NCBI GenBank assembly: GCA_963674755.2
Contig: CAXXVS010000002.1
Coordinates: 2,464,001-2,528,000, forward strand
Direction: 5' to 3'
Length of the DNA stretch: 64,000 nucleotides
DNA from: Desulfobacterales bacterium
GTDB taxonomy: Bacteria > Desulfobacterota > Desulfobacteria > Desulfobacterales > UBA5852
Shown here: in pieces, positions 9,124 to 18,510 of the stretch
Layout of the letters: the number at the start of each line of letters is the position of its first letter
Numbering within the stretch: the first letter of the stretch is position 1
Made by a program: the position numbers and the translations under genes
Notes under the pieces: generated by a model
Database searches by the model: none
What the model was told of the DNA's origin: nothing
What the model saw: only the letters and a program-made list of their open reading frames with translations

Positions 9124-11581
9124 CAAGGTTCTTGTAGCCCTGGCCGGCCAGCCCAACTGCGGCAAATCGACGGTATTCAACGCCCTCACCGGCGCCCGCC
9201 AGCATGTGGCCAACTATCCCGGCGTCACCGTCGACAAGATGACCGGCTGGTACAAACACAACGGTCTGCGGGTTGAAGTGGTGGATCTGCCCGGCACCTA
9301 CAGCCTGACCTCTTATTCCCCCGAGGAGCGGGTCTCCCGGGACTTTATTCTCCACGATCAGCCCTCCGTGACGGTGAACGTGATGGACGCCGCCAATCTC
9401 AAGCGTTGCCTCTATCTGACCTTTCAACTGCTGGAGATGGAGACCCCGCTGGTCCTCAATCTCAACATGATGGATACCGCCGCCAAGCGCGGCATGGCCA
9501 TTAATGTTCAAAAGCTTTCCGAGCGCCTGGGTATCCCGGTCGTGCCCACAACCATGAAAAACGGGCAGGGCAAAAGGGACCTTTTGGAAACCATTGCGAC
9601 CCTGGCCGGCGGCGGGCGGACCAAGCCGGCAGCACGCATCGATTACGGAGAGCTGGAGCCCTGCCTGCGGGAAGTGGAAACGCGGCTGGCCGATACCGGC
9701 GCGCTTTTGGAAACCCAGGCCCGGCGCTGGACGGCCATCAAACTCATGGAGGGCGATAGCGAGATTCAGCGGCTACTCCGGCAGAACAATCCTGAAGCCG
9801 AAACCTTGCTGGCCGCCGTTGAAACCCTGCGGGAGGATTTCGAAAAACGCCACGGGGTGGCCTCCGAGGTCGCCATTGCCGACCGCCGCTATCGCATGGC
9901 GGACGATATCGCACGTTCCGCCCTGACAATGGCCGGCGGTGCCAAACGCCCCCTTTCGGATAAAATCGACGCCCTGGTCTGCCATCGCTTTCTGGGACCG
10001 GCCATCATGGTGGGGATCATCTGGCTGCTCTACTACCTGTCCATTGTTCAGGGCTACAACATCACCAACTATACCTGGCCGCTGCTGGCCAAACTACGCA
10101 GTCTGACCGAAGCAGTGATGCCGGCCCCGGGATTCATCGAAATTCCGCTGATCCGCGCCCTATCCCTCTGGATGGTGGACAGCGTCAATGCGCTGCTGAA
10201 TTACATTCCTATTTTCTTTATTCTTTTCGGTCTGATCGCCATTTTGGAGGACAGCGGGTATATGCCGCGCATGGCCTTCATCATGGACAAGCTGTTCAGC
10301 CGTTTCGGCCTGCACGGCCAGTCCACCCTGCCCATGGTGCTAGGAGGCATCTACGTCGGCGGCTGCGCCGTGCCGGGGGTCATGTCCTGCAAAGGCATTC
10401 CGGACGAACGCTCGCGTCTGGCCACCATCCTGATCATCCCCATGCTCAACTGCCTGGCCAAGGTGCCGCTCTACGTGCTGCTGATCAATATCTACTTTGC
10501 GGCCCACAAGGCCTGGGCCATGTTTTTCATTTCCACCATCAGCCTGCTGCTGGTGCTGCCGGTATCCAAAATACTGACCCTGACCGTTCTCAAGGACAAA
10601 GAGACGGCCCCCTTTGTCATGGAGATGCCGCCCTATCACCTGCCCACCCTGCGGGGCGTACTGGGCCGGGCCCTGGAGCGGGTCTGGCTGTTCATGCGCA
10701 AGATCACCACCATTGTTGTCGCGGTGGCGGTGGTGGTTTTCGTGCTGCTCCAGTTCCCGGGAATCGACGAGAAGCGCATGACGCACTACAAGACCCGCCA
10801 GGAAAAGGCGGCGGCCGCGTTTTTTAAAAAAATAGGAAAGACGTCCTATGTCGATAAACTCCGGGGCGACAACCTGATGGCATTGATCATCTACGGGGAC
10901 GACTACAAGGCCGCCCGCATGGGGGCCAAAAGCGAGGCCGCCCTGGCCGAACTGAACGCCGCCTTTGAAGCGCGCAATCCGGATTATTTTGCGGTCGTGC
11001 GGCGCGACGGCAAGGACGGCAAAACCGTGAACCGGGCGCTTAAAAATCTCGTGCGAACCCGCAAAGGGCTGCTGCTCGATATGCGCAAGGAACGCATCGA
11101 CAAAAGCTTTCTGGGCACCATGGGGCGCTGGCTGGAGCCGGTGACCCGCTGGGCCGGCTTCAACTGGCGGGTGAATGTGGCCCTGCTGAGCGCCCTGGCC
11201 GCCAAGGAAAGCAGCGTGGCCACCCTGGGCGCCCTGTATGAGCCGCAAGAAGAGGGCGAAGCCCTGGAAGAACGCATGGCCCGGGGCGAGGAAGGCTTCA
11301 CCCCCCTGCACGCCCTGGCCCTGATGCTTTTCATGGTGCTCTACCCGCCCTGCCTGGCCACCGCCATTGCGGTCAAATTGCAGGCGGGCTCGGTCAAATG
11401 GATGCTGTTTTCCATCGCTTATCCCATGGCGCTGGGGCTGGCTGTGGCGACCCTCGTCTTTTCCCTGGGCCGGGCCCTGGATTTTAGCGGACTTCAGGCC
11501 ATGTTCGCCTTTTACGGCCTGGCCCTGGCGTTTACCCTATTCATGGGCCTTATCAAAAACCAACCGGAATACGCATCATAA
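9113..11581 (+). CDS. feoB: Ferrous iron transporter B
   Basis: GQPNCGKST, VANYPGVTVD, DLPGTYSL, NMMD G motifs; EDSGYMPRMAF; FVMEMPPY; AKE; LYPPC; GTG start overlapping feoA. Confidence 0.96.
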   Translation: MSADKVLVALAGQPNCGKSTVFNALTGARQHVANYPGVTVDKMTGWYKHNGLRVEVVDLPGTYSLTSYSPEERVSRDFILHDQPSVTVNVMDAANLKRCLYLTFQLLEMETPLVLNLNMMDTAAKRGMAINVQKLSERLGIPVVPTTMKNGQGKRDLLETIATLAGGGRTKPAARIDYGELEPCLREVETRLADTGALLETQARRWTAIKLMEGDSEIQRLLRQNNPEAETLLAAVETLREDFEKRHGVASEVAIADRRYRMADDIARSALTMAGGAKRPLSDKIDALVCHRFLGPAIMVGIIWLLYYLSIVQGYNITNYTWPLLAKLRSLTEAVMPAPGFIEIPLIRALSLWMVDSVNALLNYIPIFFILFGLIAILEDSGYMPRMAFIMDKLFSRFGLHGQSTLPMVLGGIYVGGCAVPGVMSCKGIPDERSRLATILIIPMLNCLAKVPLYVLLINIYFAAHKAWAMFFISTISLLLVLPVSKILTLTVLKDKETAPFVMEMPPYHLPTLRGVLGRALERVWLFMRKITTIVVAVAVVVFVLLQFPGIDEKRMTHYKTRQEKAAAAFFKKIGKTSYVDKLRGDNLMALIIYGDDYKAARMGAKSEAALAELNAAFEARNPDYFAVVRRDGKDGKTVNRALKNLVRTRKGLLLDMRKERIDKSFLGTMGRWLEPVTRWAGFNWRVNVALLSALAAKESSVATLGALYEPQEEGEALEERMARGEEGFTPLHALALMLFMVLYPPCLATAIAVKLQAGSVKWMLFSIAYPMALGLAVATLVFSLGRALDFSGLQAMFAFYGLALAFTLFMGLIKNQPEYAS

Positions 11582-11600
11582 CAGAAGGGAGGATTGCACC

Positions 11601-11927
11601 ATGCACAAACGCACCATCATTTTCCTATACGCCCTGGCCATCGGGCTGATTCTGGGGAGCGGCGCCGCCTGGGCCCACACCCCGCTGTGTTCCTGCTACG
11701 ACAACGGCGACGGGACCGTTACCTGCGAAGGCGGCTTTTCGGACGGCTCTTCGGCCTCCGGGGTGCAGATGCGCGTGGAGGACGGCAGCGGCGCCAAGCT
11801 GATCGGGGGCAAGATGGACGAATTCAGCGAATTCACTTTTGAAAAGCCTTCCGGGGACTACCGGGTCGTCTTCGACGCCGGTGAGGGGCACCGCATCGAA
11901 ATCGACGGGAAGGAAATCCTCGAGTAA
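11601..11927 (+). CDS. Small exported protein (CbiL/NikL-like), paralogue of 7225-7533
   Basis: RBS GGAGG; signal peptide AWA|H; CEGGFSDGS...YRVVFDAGEGH. Confidence 0.78.
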   Translation: MHKRTIIFLYALAIGLILGSGAAWAHTPLCSCYDNGDGTVTCEGGFSDGSSASGVQMRVEDGSGAKLIGGKMDEFSEFTFEKPSGDYRVVFDAGEGHRIEIDGKEILE

Positions 11928-12040
11928 AGCGGTACCTCCGGCGCACGGATCATATCCCGATCCCGAACCGAGGCGATCAGGAATGGTTGTTCACATCACC
12001 GAAAACGAGAAGACAATTCATGACGAAAGGAGTTTGTTCG

Positions 12041-12841
12041 ATGCGAAAGACAATTGCGGTAATGGCCGGTTTGCTGACCCTGGCCGTGGCGGTTCCGGCC
12101 ATGGCCCATTTCCAGATGATCTACACGCCCGAGTCGGCCCTGGATAAGGCCGGGGAAATCGACCTCAAGATGGTCTTCACCCATCCCTTCGAGGCCGGAC
12201 ACACCATGGACATGGGCCAGCCCGAGCAGTTTTTCGTGGTCCGCAAGGAGAAAAAAAGCGATCTGCTCGGCACCCTGAAGCCCATCACCTGGACCAGCCT
12301 CACCAACAGCGGGGCGGCCTACGAAACCAGCTACAAGCTGCGCGGCATGGGGGATAATGTTTTCTGCCTGGTGCCGGCCCCCTACTACGAGGCCGAAGAA
12401 GAAGTCTACATCCAGCAGATCACCAAGATGGTGGTCAACACCGCCGGTTTCCCCACCGACTGGGACGCCGAGGTCGGCCTGTCGGCGGAAATCGTTCCTC
12501 TGGACAAACCCTACGCTCTATGGACGGGAAATGTCTTCCGGGGGATCGTCAAGGGTGGCGGGAAACCGGTCCCTTATGCCGAGATCGAGGTGGAATACCT
12601 GAACCACGCCCCTATGATGGACAAGAATGCTTTCGCCGCCAAGGCCGCTGTAGAAGCGCCCCAGGACGCTTTTGTCACCATGACCATCAAGGCCGATGCA
12701 GACGGCGAATTTTCCTTCGGAATTCCCAAGGCCGGCTGGTGGGGCTTTTGCGCCCTGGGGGCCGGGCCGGTCAAGGAGCACCAGGGCAAGGAGCTTTCCC
12801 AGGACGCCGTTATCTGGGTCCAGGCCCGGGATATGAAGTAG
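12041..12841 (+). CDS. DUF4198-family periplasmic metal-transport-associated protein
   Basis: AMA|HFQMIY, FTHPFE, PAPYYE, EIVPL.KPY, GKPVPYAEIEVE, ADADGEFSF.IP.AGWWGFCAL. Confidence 0.85.
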   Translation: MRKTIAVMAGLLTLAVAVPAMAHFQMIYTPESALDKAGEIDLKMVFTHPFEAGHTMDMGQPEQFFVVRKEKKSDLLGTLKPITWTSLTNSGAAYETSYKLRGMGDNVFCLVPAPYYEAEEEVYIQQITKMVVNTAGFPTDWDAEVGLSAEIVPLDKPYALWTGNVFRGIVKGGGKPVPYAEIEVEYLNHAPMMDKNAFAAKAAVEAPQDAFVTMTIKADADGEFSFGIPKAGWWGFCALGAGPVKEHQGKELSQDAVIWVQARDMK

Positions 12842-13169
12842 TGTCCATCCCAGAGATGGCATCTTTCGGCCCCGACCGGCGTTCTGGTTCTCTGGAAATC
12901 CTCGCCGTAGCCCAGCTACGCCTCCGGTTTCCACCCACAGCGGGGTTGGATCAGACGGGAAGTCCCGACTAGCGGGATAATATCCAGCAGTGCTGGACAA
13001 TTCCCTGCGGCCTTGGCCGAAACCAAAATCTACCATCTCTGGGCGGACATAAACTAGTAACGCCTTTGCCGCGGACCTCCTCGCCCGCGGCAAGTGATCA
13101 CCGGGCGGCCGCCGAACACCCCGCCGGCCGCCCGGTGGTCTTCCTTTAACGATAACCACAGGACGGTGT

Positions 13170-13787
13170 ATGGCGCACATTCTTATCCTTTTGGCCGGCA
13201 GTAGCTTTCTGGCGGTACTGCTTTTCAAAGGGTGGTGCCTGCGCCTTGCCGGTTACGACGTCAAAGGCCGGCCGCCTGTCTCCCGGCCGGTTTTTCTAGC
13301 CGGCAAAACCGCCATGGGTCTATTGTGGGGGCTGACTTTGTGGCGCGCTGCGGCGGCCGTGAGAATGCCCGGAGAGCCCGTGACATGGCTCCAGTATAGC
13401 GGAACCATTCTGTTTGTCGCCGGCAGCAGTGTGGCTTTAATATCTTTTGCCGCCCTCGGCCGCGAGCTGCGCTTCGGGCTTCCGAACGGTAACTGCCGTT
13501 TGAAAGCCAGCGGTATCTATAGCTGGTCACGTCACCCTATGTATACGGGCTTTTTCCTGATGGCCGGCGGGGCTGCCCTCTATGTCGGCACCCCTCTGGC
13601 GGTCGTTTGCCTGTTGGTGGCGGTGGGCATCCACCATCGTGTGGCGCTGGCCGAAGAGCGCTTTATGGCCCGGCACTTTGGCGTCGCCTGGCAAGCCTAT
13701 ACCGAAAACGTGCCGCGTTACGGCGGCCTGATCTACACGCTTCTCAAACGATCGGAGCAGGGTCACGACCAACGTCATTGGAGTTGA
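13170..13787 (+). CDS. Isoprenylcysteine carboxyl methyltransferase-family membrane protein
   Basis: LKASGIYSWSRHPMYTG, EERFM..HFG..WQAY..VPRY. Confidence 0.85.
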   Translation: MAHILILLAGSSFLAVLLFKGWCLRLAGYDVKGRPPVSRPVFLAGKTAMGLLWGLTLWRAAAAVRMPGEPVTWLQYSGTILFVAGSSVALISFAALGRELRFGLPNGNCRLKASGIYSWSRHPMYTGFFLMAGGAALYVGTPLAVVCLLVAVGIHHRVALAEERFMARHFGVAWQAYTENVPRYGGLIYTLLKRSEQGHDQRHWS

Positions 13788-13816
13788 GCACCCGGCCCAT
13801 CGTTAAGGATAATGTC

Positions 13817-13993
13817 ATGGAATTGTTACTTGTCCTGCTCGTTTTCGGCGCTGCCTTTTGGTACCTATTCCGGCGCTTTCGCCGTTCCATCAGTTCCGAC
13901 AATCCGTCCTGCGCGTGCGGCGGCTGCGATGGCTGTCCGGCGCAGGGCAATCTTCACAAAGACAGGGACCGGCCGGATGCAGACCAGCGTTAA
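13817..13993 (+). CDS. FeoB-associated Cys-rich membrane protein
   Basis: Single N-terminal TM helix followed by SCACGGCDGC; located in the feo operon. Confidence 0.8.
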   Translation: MELLLVLLVFGAAFWYLFRRFRRSISSDNPSCACGGCDGCPAQGNLHKDRDRPDADQR

Positions 13994-14222
13994 CGCCCTT
14001 ATCGTTCAGCATACCATTGCCGGACGCATCCGCTTGCGGATTCCTTTGATTCGCCAAAGCGCTGAAATCCGCGAGCGGTGCATTTTTATGGAAACCCTGG
14101 CGCTGATGGATGGTGTGCCCGACCGGCTGATCAATCAGCTCATTATGACCGGTTTTGCCGCTTCCCTCGCAACCTGCACACGCACGTTCTATAGTCAACC
14201 GCAAAGGAGACCGCTTCCATGA
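13977..14222 (+). pseudogene. HMA2-like N-terminal fragment, probably an internally deleted gene
   Basis: IVQHTIAGRIRLRIP matches the H.x.PGRxRxR start of HMA2 domains; only 81 codons, remainder unrelated. Confidence 0.5.
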
Positions 14223-15247
14223 CATCCCTTCCGGTTTTGCAAACGAGTTATCAAGTCCTGCACGATATGACGGCCGGCCCGATTCGATCCCGCCTGCTGA
14301 TGGCCGGCATCGAGCTGGGTGTCTTTGATGAACTGGAGACCTTCCGCGCCGCTACTGCGGTGGCCGCCGCCATCGGGACACATAACGGCAATACCGAACG
14401 GCTTCTGAACGCTCTGGTGACGGTCGGTCTGCTGGAGAAAAGGGCGGGCCGCTTTCGCAACAGTCCGGTGGCGCAGGCCTACCTGATGCGATCCTCGGCG
14501 ACCTTTTTAGGTCCTTTCCTGGACCTGGTGGACACCATGTGCGTGACCTCCCTCGATGATCTCTGCGAACGGGTGAAGCACGGCCCGGCGACACCTTCCC
14601 CGGAAACCGATTTCAGCGCCGAGGCCCTCTGGGCGGAGGTCACCCGGGCGAGTGCCGGCTGGGTGAAAGGTTTTGTGGGCCCGCAGGTGGCGGCCATCGT
14701 CGCCGGTCTGCCCGAGTTCCCGGCGTTCCGGCGCATGCTGGATTTGGGCGGCGGCCACGGCCTGTTCGCCCTCTATTTCGTCGAGGCCCATCCGAACATG
14801 ACGGCCGTGGTGTTCGACCGCCCTGCCGTCTTGGCGGTGGCGGAGAATTTTGCCGGGGAATATGCCCTGCAAGACCGCGTGTCGATGATGGCGGGCGATT
14901 ACCTGACCGACGCCATCGGCAGCGGGTACGATTTCATCTGGGCCTGCTCCACCCTGAATTTCGCCCGCCACGATCTGGATCCCCTGACCACGAAAATCCA
15001 CGAGGCGCTGAATCCCGGCGGCGTTTTCATCAGTTTTCAGGACGGCCTGACTCACGAGCGGACTTGGCCCGCCGTTATGCTGGGGCACCTGGGCGATATG
15101 CTCCGCACGGGGCGGGACCTGGCCTTCGACCAGGGAGAAATCGGCGCGGCGGCCCTGCGCTGCGGATTCCGTTCGGTGCACTCCCGCACCATCGAACTGC
15201 CCATGGGAGCCATGGACATGGATGTCGCCCGCAAAAATTCGTTTTGA
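14219..15247 (+). CDS. SAM-dependent O-methyltransferase with N-terminal dimerisation domain
   Basis: GIELGVFD, RLLNAL..GLL, MLDLGGGHG, VFDRP, AGDY, ALNPGG. Confidence 0.88.
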   Translation: MTSLPVLQTSYQVLHDMTAGPIRSRLLMAGIELGVFDELETFRAATAVAAAIGTHNGNTERLLNALVTVGLLEKRAGRFRNSPVAQAYLMRSSATFLGPFLDLVDTMCVTSLDDLCERVKHGPATPSPETDFSAEALWAEVTRASAGWVKGFVGPQVAAIVAGLPEFPAFRRMLDLGGGHGLFALYFVEAHPNMTAVVFDRPAVLAVAENFAGEYALQDRVSMMAGDYLTDAIGSGYDFIWACSTLNFARHDLDPLTTKIHEALNPGGVFISFQDGLTHERTWPAVMLGHLGDMLRTGRDLAFDQGEIGAAALRCGFRSVHSRTIELPMGAMDMDVARKNSF

Positions 15248-15258
15248 TGAAATACTGC

Positions 15259-15315
15259 TTGACAGGCAAGGAATTCCCATTGTACGGTATTTCTAAATGA
15301 ATTAGGTAATTCTAT
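15259..15315 (+). promoter_or_regulatory. Sigma70 promoter with two DtxR/IdeR-like operators upstream of the flavodoxin operon
   Basis: TTGACA 15259-15264; TACGGT -10 candidate at 15283; boxes TACGGTATTTCTAA (15283) and TTAGGTAATTCTAT (15302), 19 bp apart as at feoA. Confidence 0.58.
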
Positions 15316-15321
15316 TTTATT

Positions 15322-15415
15322 TCGACATACCTTACGTCCGGCGACCGTCTGGTGGTGCGCAGGGAAGTGAAGGCGCAAGCGATTTCGCAACTCGCGAAAT
15401 CCCTGCGCCTTTTTT
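15322..15415 (+). promoter_or_regulatory. Conserved 5' leader (copy 2) with intrinsic terminator; candidate riboswitch/attenuator
   Basis: Same conserved blocks as 8720-8860; AAGGCGCA/TGCGCCTT stem with inner GATTTCGC/GCGAAATC stem and a T6 tract. Confidence 0.65.
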
Positions 15416-15539
15416 AGTGCCGAAGACAGGACGGCATAACGCGACATTCCTTGCCTGATAGGCCTGACGGACGCATGCAGGCCATCAGACAGTCCCGAGC
15501 GCACTTGTTTTCAACCGAACCATTCGAAAGGAAATCGCT

Positions 15540-15926
15540 ATGGCGAAAATCGGCAAGCGCACCAAAAGCGATTGGAAAATCGGCGCCCATCCGGTCAACT
15601 CCTACAAAGCCAGGGTCCCCGATCCGGCCGTCCAGCGCAAACGCCGCACCAGCAAAGAAATTCGGCGGGTGATTGCCCGGGCCCTGAACCGGGTGCGGGA
15701 CGACGGCCGCACAGTTCTTTTGACCGCCGAAAGTTACCGGGGCCGGCCCAAACCCAAAACCATGTACCGTGTCGAACTGTTTAAACACAACTACTATGTT
15801 CTGTGCGCGCAGCAGCAGGTCATCACGCTCTTTACATCGGACATGGTGGCCGGTGACAGCCGCAAGGGTCATTTGGTTTTTCGTGACCAGGAGCCCTTCG
15901 AAGAACTTTCATCCTATTATTCATAA
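15540..15926 (+). CDS. Hypothetical basic cytoplasmic protein
   Basis: RBS AAGGA; 128 aa; first gene after leader copy 2; K/R-rich. Confidence 0.65.
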   Translation: MAKIGKRTKSDWKIGAHPVNSYKARVPDPAVQRKRRTSKEIRRVIARALNRVRDDGRTVLLTAESYRGRPKPKTMYRVELFKHNYYVLCAQQQVITLFTSDMVAGDSRKGHLVFRDQEPFEELSSYYS

Positions 15927-15980
15927 CGCCCGGGGCGACGGGAATTTCACGCCCTTCCCACCCCCACAGGGAGGTTTTCT

Positions 15981-16391
15981 TTGCATCAGGACTTTCATAT
16001 CGATTATCGCCACAGTGCGGGCAATCTGCATATCCAGCTTTCCGGCACGTTCAACCTCATGTGCGCCTGGGCGCTTTACAAAACCATCAAACAACAGAAC
16101 GCTGGCTCGGGTCGCATCTTTGTCAATACCAAGGGACTTACGAAGGTTATCACCGGCGATGCGGAGCGGTTCAAAGGATACATGGTACAGGGAAGAATGC
16201 CCCCGGACTGGCTTTATTTTAAAGGCGAGAAAGGATTGGCTATCGCACCGAACGGGAGCCGGGTACTCATTTGCAAAACACCAGACCGCAGAAGGCGTGA
16301 GCCCTTCCCGACCCTGAAACCATGCGGTTCAAAACCGCATCGCTTTTTATTACCCGATCACAAAAGGAGAAAAAGATGGGCAAAGCATTGA
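15981..16391 (+). CDS. Hypothetical protein, STAS-like
   Basis: RBS GGAGG, TTG start; NLHIQLSGTFN..CAW.L, RIFVNT.GL, LYFKGEKG..IAPNGSRVL. Confidence 0.65.
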   Translation: MHQDFHIDYRHSAGNLHIQLSGTFNLMCAWALYKTIKQQNAGSGRIFVNTKGLTKVITGDAERFKGYMVQGRMPPDWLYFKGEKGLAIAPNGSRVLICKTPDRRRREPFPTLKPCGSKPHRFLLPDHKRRKRWAKH

Positions 16392-16825
16392 TTCTTTTCG
16401 GTTCCACCACCGGCAATACCGAGGATATGGCCGGCACGGTTCAAAAAGCACTGGAAGACGCCGGACTGCAAACCGTGTTGAAAAATGTCATGGAGGCTAC
16501 CGTAAACGATTTGGCCGCCGACAACGACCTGATTGTTTTGGGATGTCCCGCCTATGGTGATGACAGTATCGAGTTGCAGGAAGATTTCGAAGAATTCTAC
16601 GAACAAATGGACAGTGTCCAACTGAACGGCAAGCCCTTTGCCGTTTTTGCGCCTGGTGACAGCTCCTATGAATACTTCTGCGGTTCGGTCGACAAGCTCG
16701 AAGAAAAAATGACCGAACTCGGGGGCAAACTGGTGCAGGACGGACTGAAAATCGACGGCGACCCGGCCGACTACCAGGACGAAATCGTCGGTTGGGCCCA
16801 ATCCGTCGCCGGGGAGTTTGCGTAA
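16376..16825 (+). CDS. fld: Short-chain flavodoxin
   Basis: FGSTTGNTE FMN loop, LGCPAYGDDSIELQEDF, GDSSYEYFCGSVD, LKIDGDP. Confidence 0.95.
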   Translation: MGKALILFGSTTGNTEDMAGTVQKALEDAGLQTVLKNVMEATVNDLAADNDLIVLGCPAYGDDSIELQEDFEEFYEQMDSVQLNGKPFAVFAPGDSSYEYFCGSVDKLEEKMTELGGKLVQDGLKIDGDPADYQDEIVGWAQSVAGEFA

Positions 16826-16981
16826 CCCTCCGGATCGGCTCCGATTGCCATGGACCATAGCGGTCATCCATCCATGGCTTGCGGCCGACCCCCACGACCC
16901 GCCAGAGGCCGGCCATCCTCTCTCCCTGGAGGGATGCCGGCTTTGGCGGTGGTTATCTGCGGATAGTGGAACAAGGGGAGC

Positions 16982-17377
16982 ATGTCACCGCAGCAGCGAC
17001 AAACATATTGTACGGCCAAATATTTAAGGATGATCCTGCGGCTGGAGCGCCAGGAGGGATGCATACGTGTCAAAAACCTCGCCCGCGAGCTGGGGTTGCG
17101 CAAGGGATCGGTCAGCGGGGCTTTGAAAACCCTAAGGGAGAGGGGACTGGTCGATTACCGCCCCTACCAACCGATCCGACTGACAGAGGCGGGGCGGGAA
17201 ATGGCGGAAAAAATTGCCGGACATCATTGCATCATCGCCTGTTTTCTCAGGAAAACCCTTAGGATGTCCCCCAAGACCGCAGAAATGTCCGCTGCCCGCA
17301 TGGGATCGGTTGTGGATGAGGCGGTGGTTGCGCGTATGCGGCACTATCTGGAACGCTCTCCCACCGAAGTTTTTTAG
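16982..17377 (+). CDS. DtxR/MntR-family transcriptional regulator with degenerate metal ligands
   Basis: YL..I..L, RVKNLARELG..KGSVSGALK.L...GLVDY.PY..IRLTE.G. Confidence 0.82.
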   Translation: MSPQQRQTYCTAKYLRMILRLERQEGCIRVKNLARELGLRKGSVSGALKTLRERGLVDYRPYQPIRLTEAGREMAEKIAGHHCIIACFLRKTLRMSPKTAEMSAARMGSVVDEAVVARMRHYLERSPTEVF

Positions 17378-17476
17378 TAATCGCCAAACTGGCCTTAATA
17401 GGACAAAGGGGATAACACACCCAAACGACACGACAACCCTGTCTTTTGTGCCCTCGCTGGGCCTCCCGAAAGGAAA

Positions 17477-18346
17477 ATGACCATGTTTCCTCACCAGAAC
17501 TACCGGCGTTTCTTTTGCACCCTGGCCGCTTTTGTCCTTTTGGCCTTCATGCTTCCCACAGCGTCTGTGGCCCACTCCCTGTACATTCAGTCCGGCCGCC
17601 ACCAGGTGTCGGAAGGCAAAGCCTCGCCGCTTTTCTTCTGCTACGGCCACCACTTTCCGGTGGACGACGCCATCCGCCGCCAAAAGCTCGCCTATGTCCG
17701 GGTGATCGCGCCGGACGGGGTTGCCAACGAGGTTGCCCTGCGGGACGATCGGTCCCTGCACTCCTATCCCATCACCTATGAGATCCCCGGCACCTACGTC
17801 CTGACTGCCGAAACCCGTCCGGGTTATTTTGCCATGTACATCGACAATAAAGGGCGCAAGCGTCATTCCCTGAAACCGATGGACACCTTTGCCGACAAGG
17901 CCCAAGAGATCCTGTCAAGCATGCGCAGCAGCCAGTGGGCTAAAAGCTACGTCTTGTGCGGGGCATCCCCCAAGCCCTTTCCGGCCCGAGTGGGGCTCCC
18001 CCTGGAGCTCGTACCGACCCGCGACCTGTCCCAACTTAAAAAAGGCGACCGAATTGAGCTGCAGGTGTACAACGATGGCCAGCCGTACGACGGAAAGGGC
18101 TTCTGGGACGCTACCTATACGGGTTTTTCCACCGAAGCCGAGGATCTCTATATCCAGAAGACGCCCTGCGATGCCGGTCAATTCAGCGTACCCATCGATG
18201 TCAGCGGCCGCTGGTTTATCCGTTTTTACACCAAAACCCCCGCCCCCGAGGAACGCCAAAAAGAATACCTGACTGAAAAGCGCACCGCCACCCTGGTTTT
18301 CGAAGTCCGCAATGAACGCCGCAGGCCTGCGCTCGATTCGCATTGA
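17477..18346 (+). CDS. DUF4198-family periplasmic protein
   Basis: Signal peptide SVA|HSLYI, YGHHFP, PGTYVL, GLPLELVP, GRWFIR. Confidence 0.75.
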   Translation: MTMFPHQNYRRFFCTLAAFVLLAFMLPTASVAHSLYIQSGRHQVSEGKASPLFFCYGHHFPVDDAIRRQKLAYVRVIAPDGVANEVALRDDRSLHSYPITYEIPGTYVLTAETRPGYFAMYIDNKGRKRHSLKPMDTFADKAQEILSSMRSSQWAKSYVLCGASPKPFPARVGLPLELVPTRDLSQLKKGDRIELQVYNDGQPYDGKGFWDATYTGFSTEAEDLYIQKTPCDAGQFSVPIDVSGRWFIRFYTKTPAPEERQKEYLTEKRTATLVFEVRNERRRPALDSH

Positions 18347-18510
18347 CACCCATTGGTCGCCAATCGCGCCGGGTCGCATTGACCGTTACCGATGGCATTG
18401 GTATAAACAGATATTGATGCTACCAGTGGTTCGACGGGAATGTGATGGCGCGCAAACACGTATCGTTCATATTGCATTGAGTAAAACGCTGCCGGGCCGC
18501 GGGGCTAATC

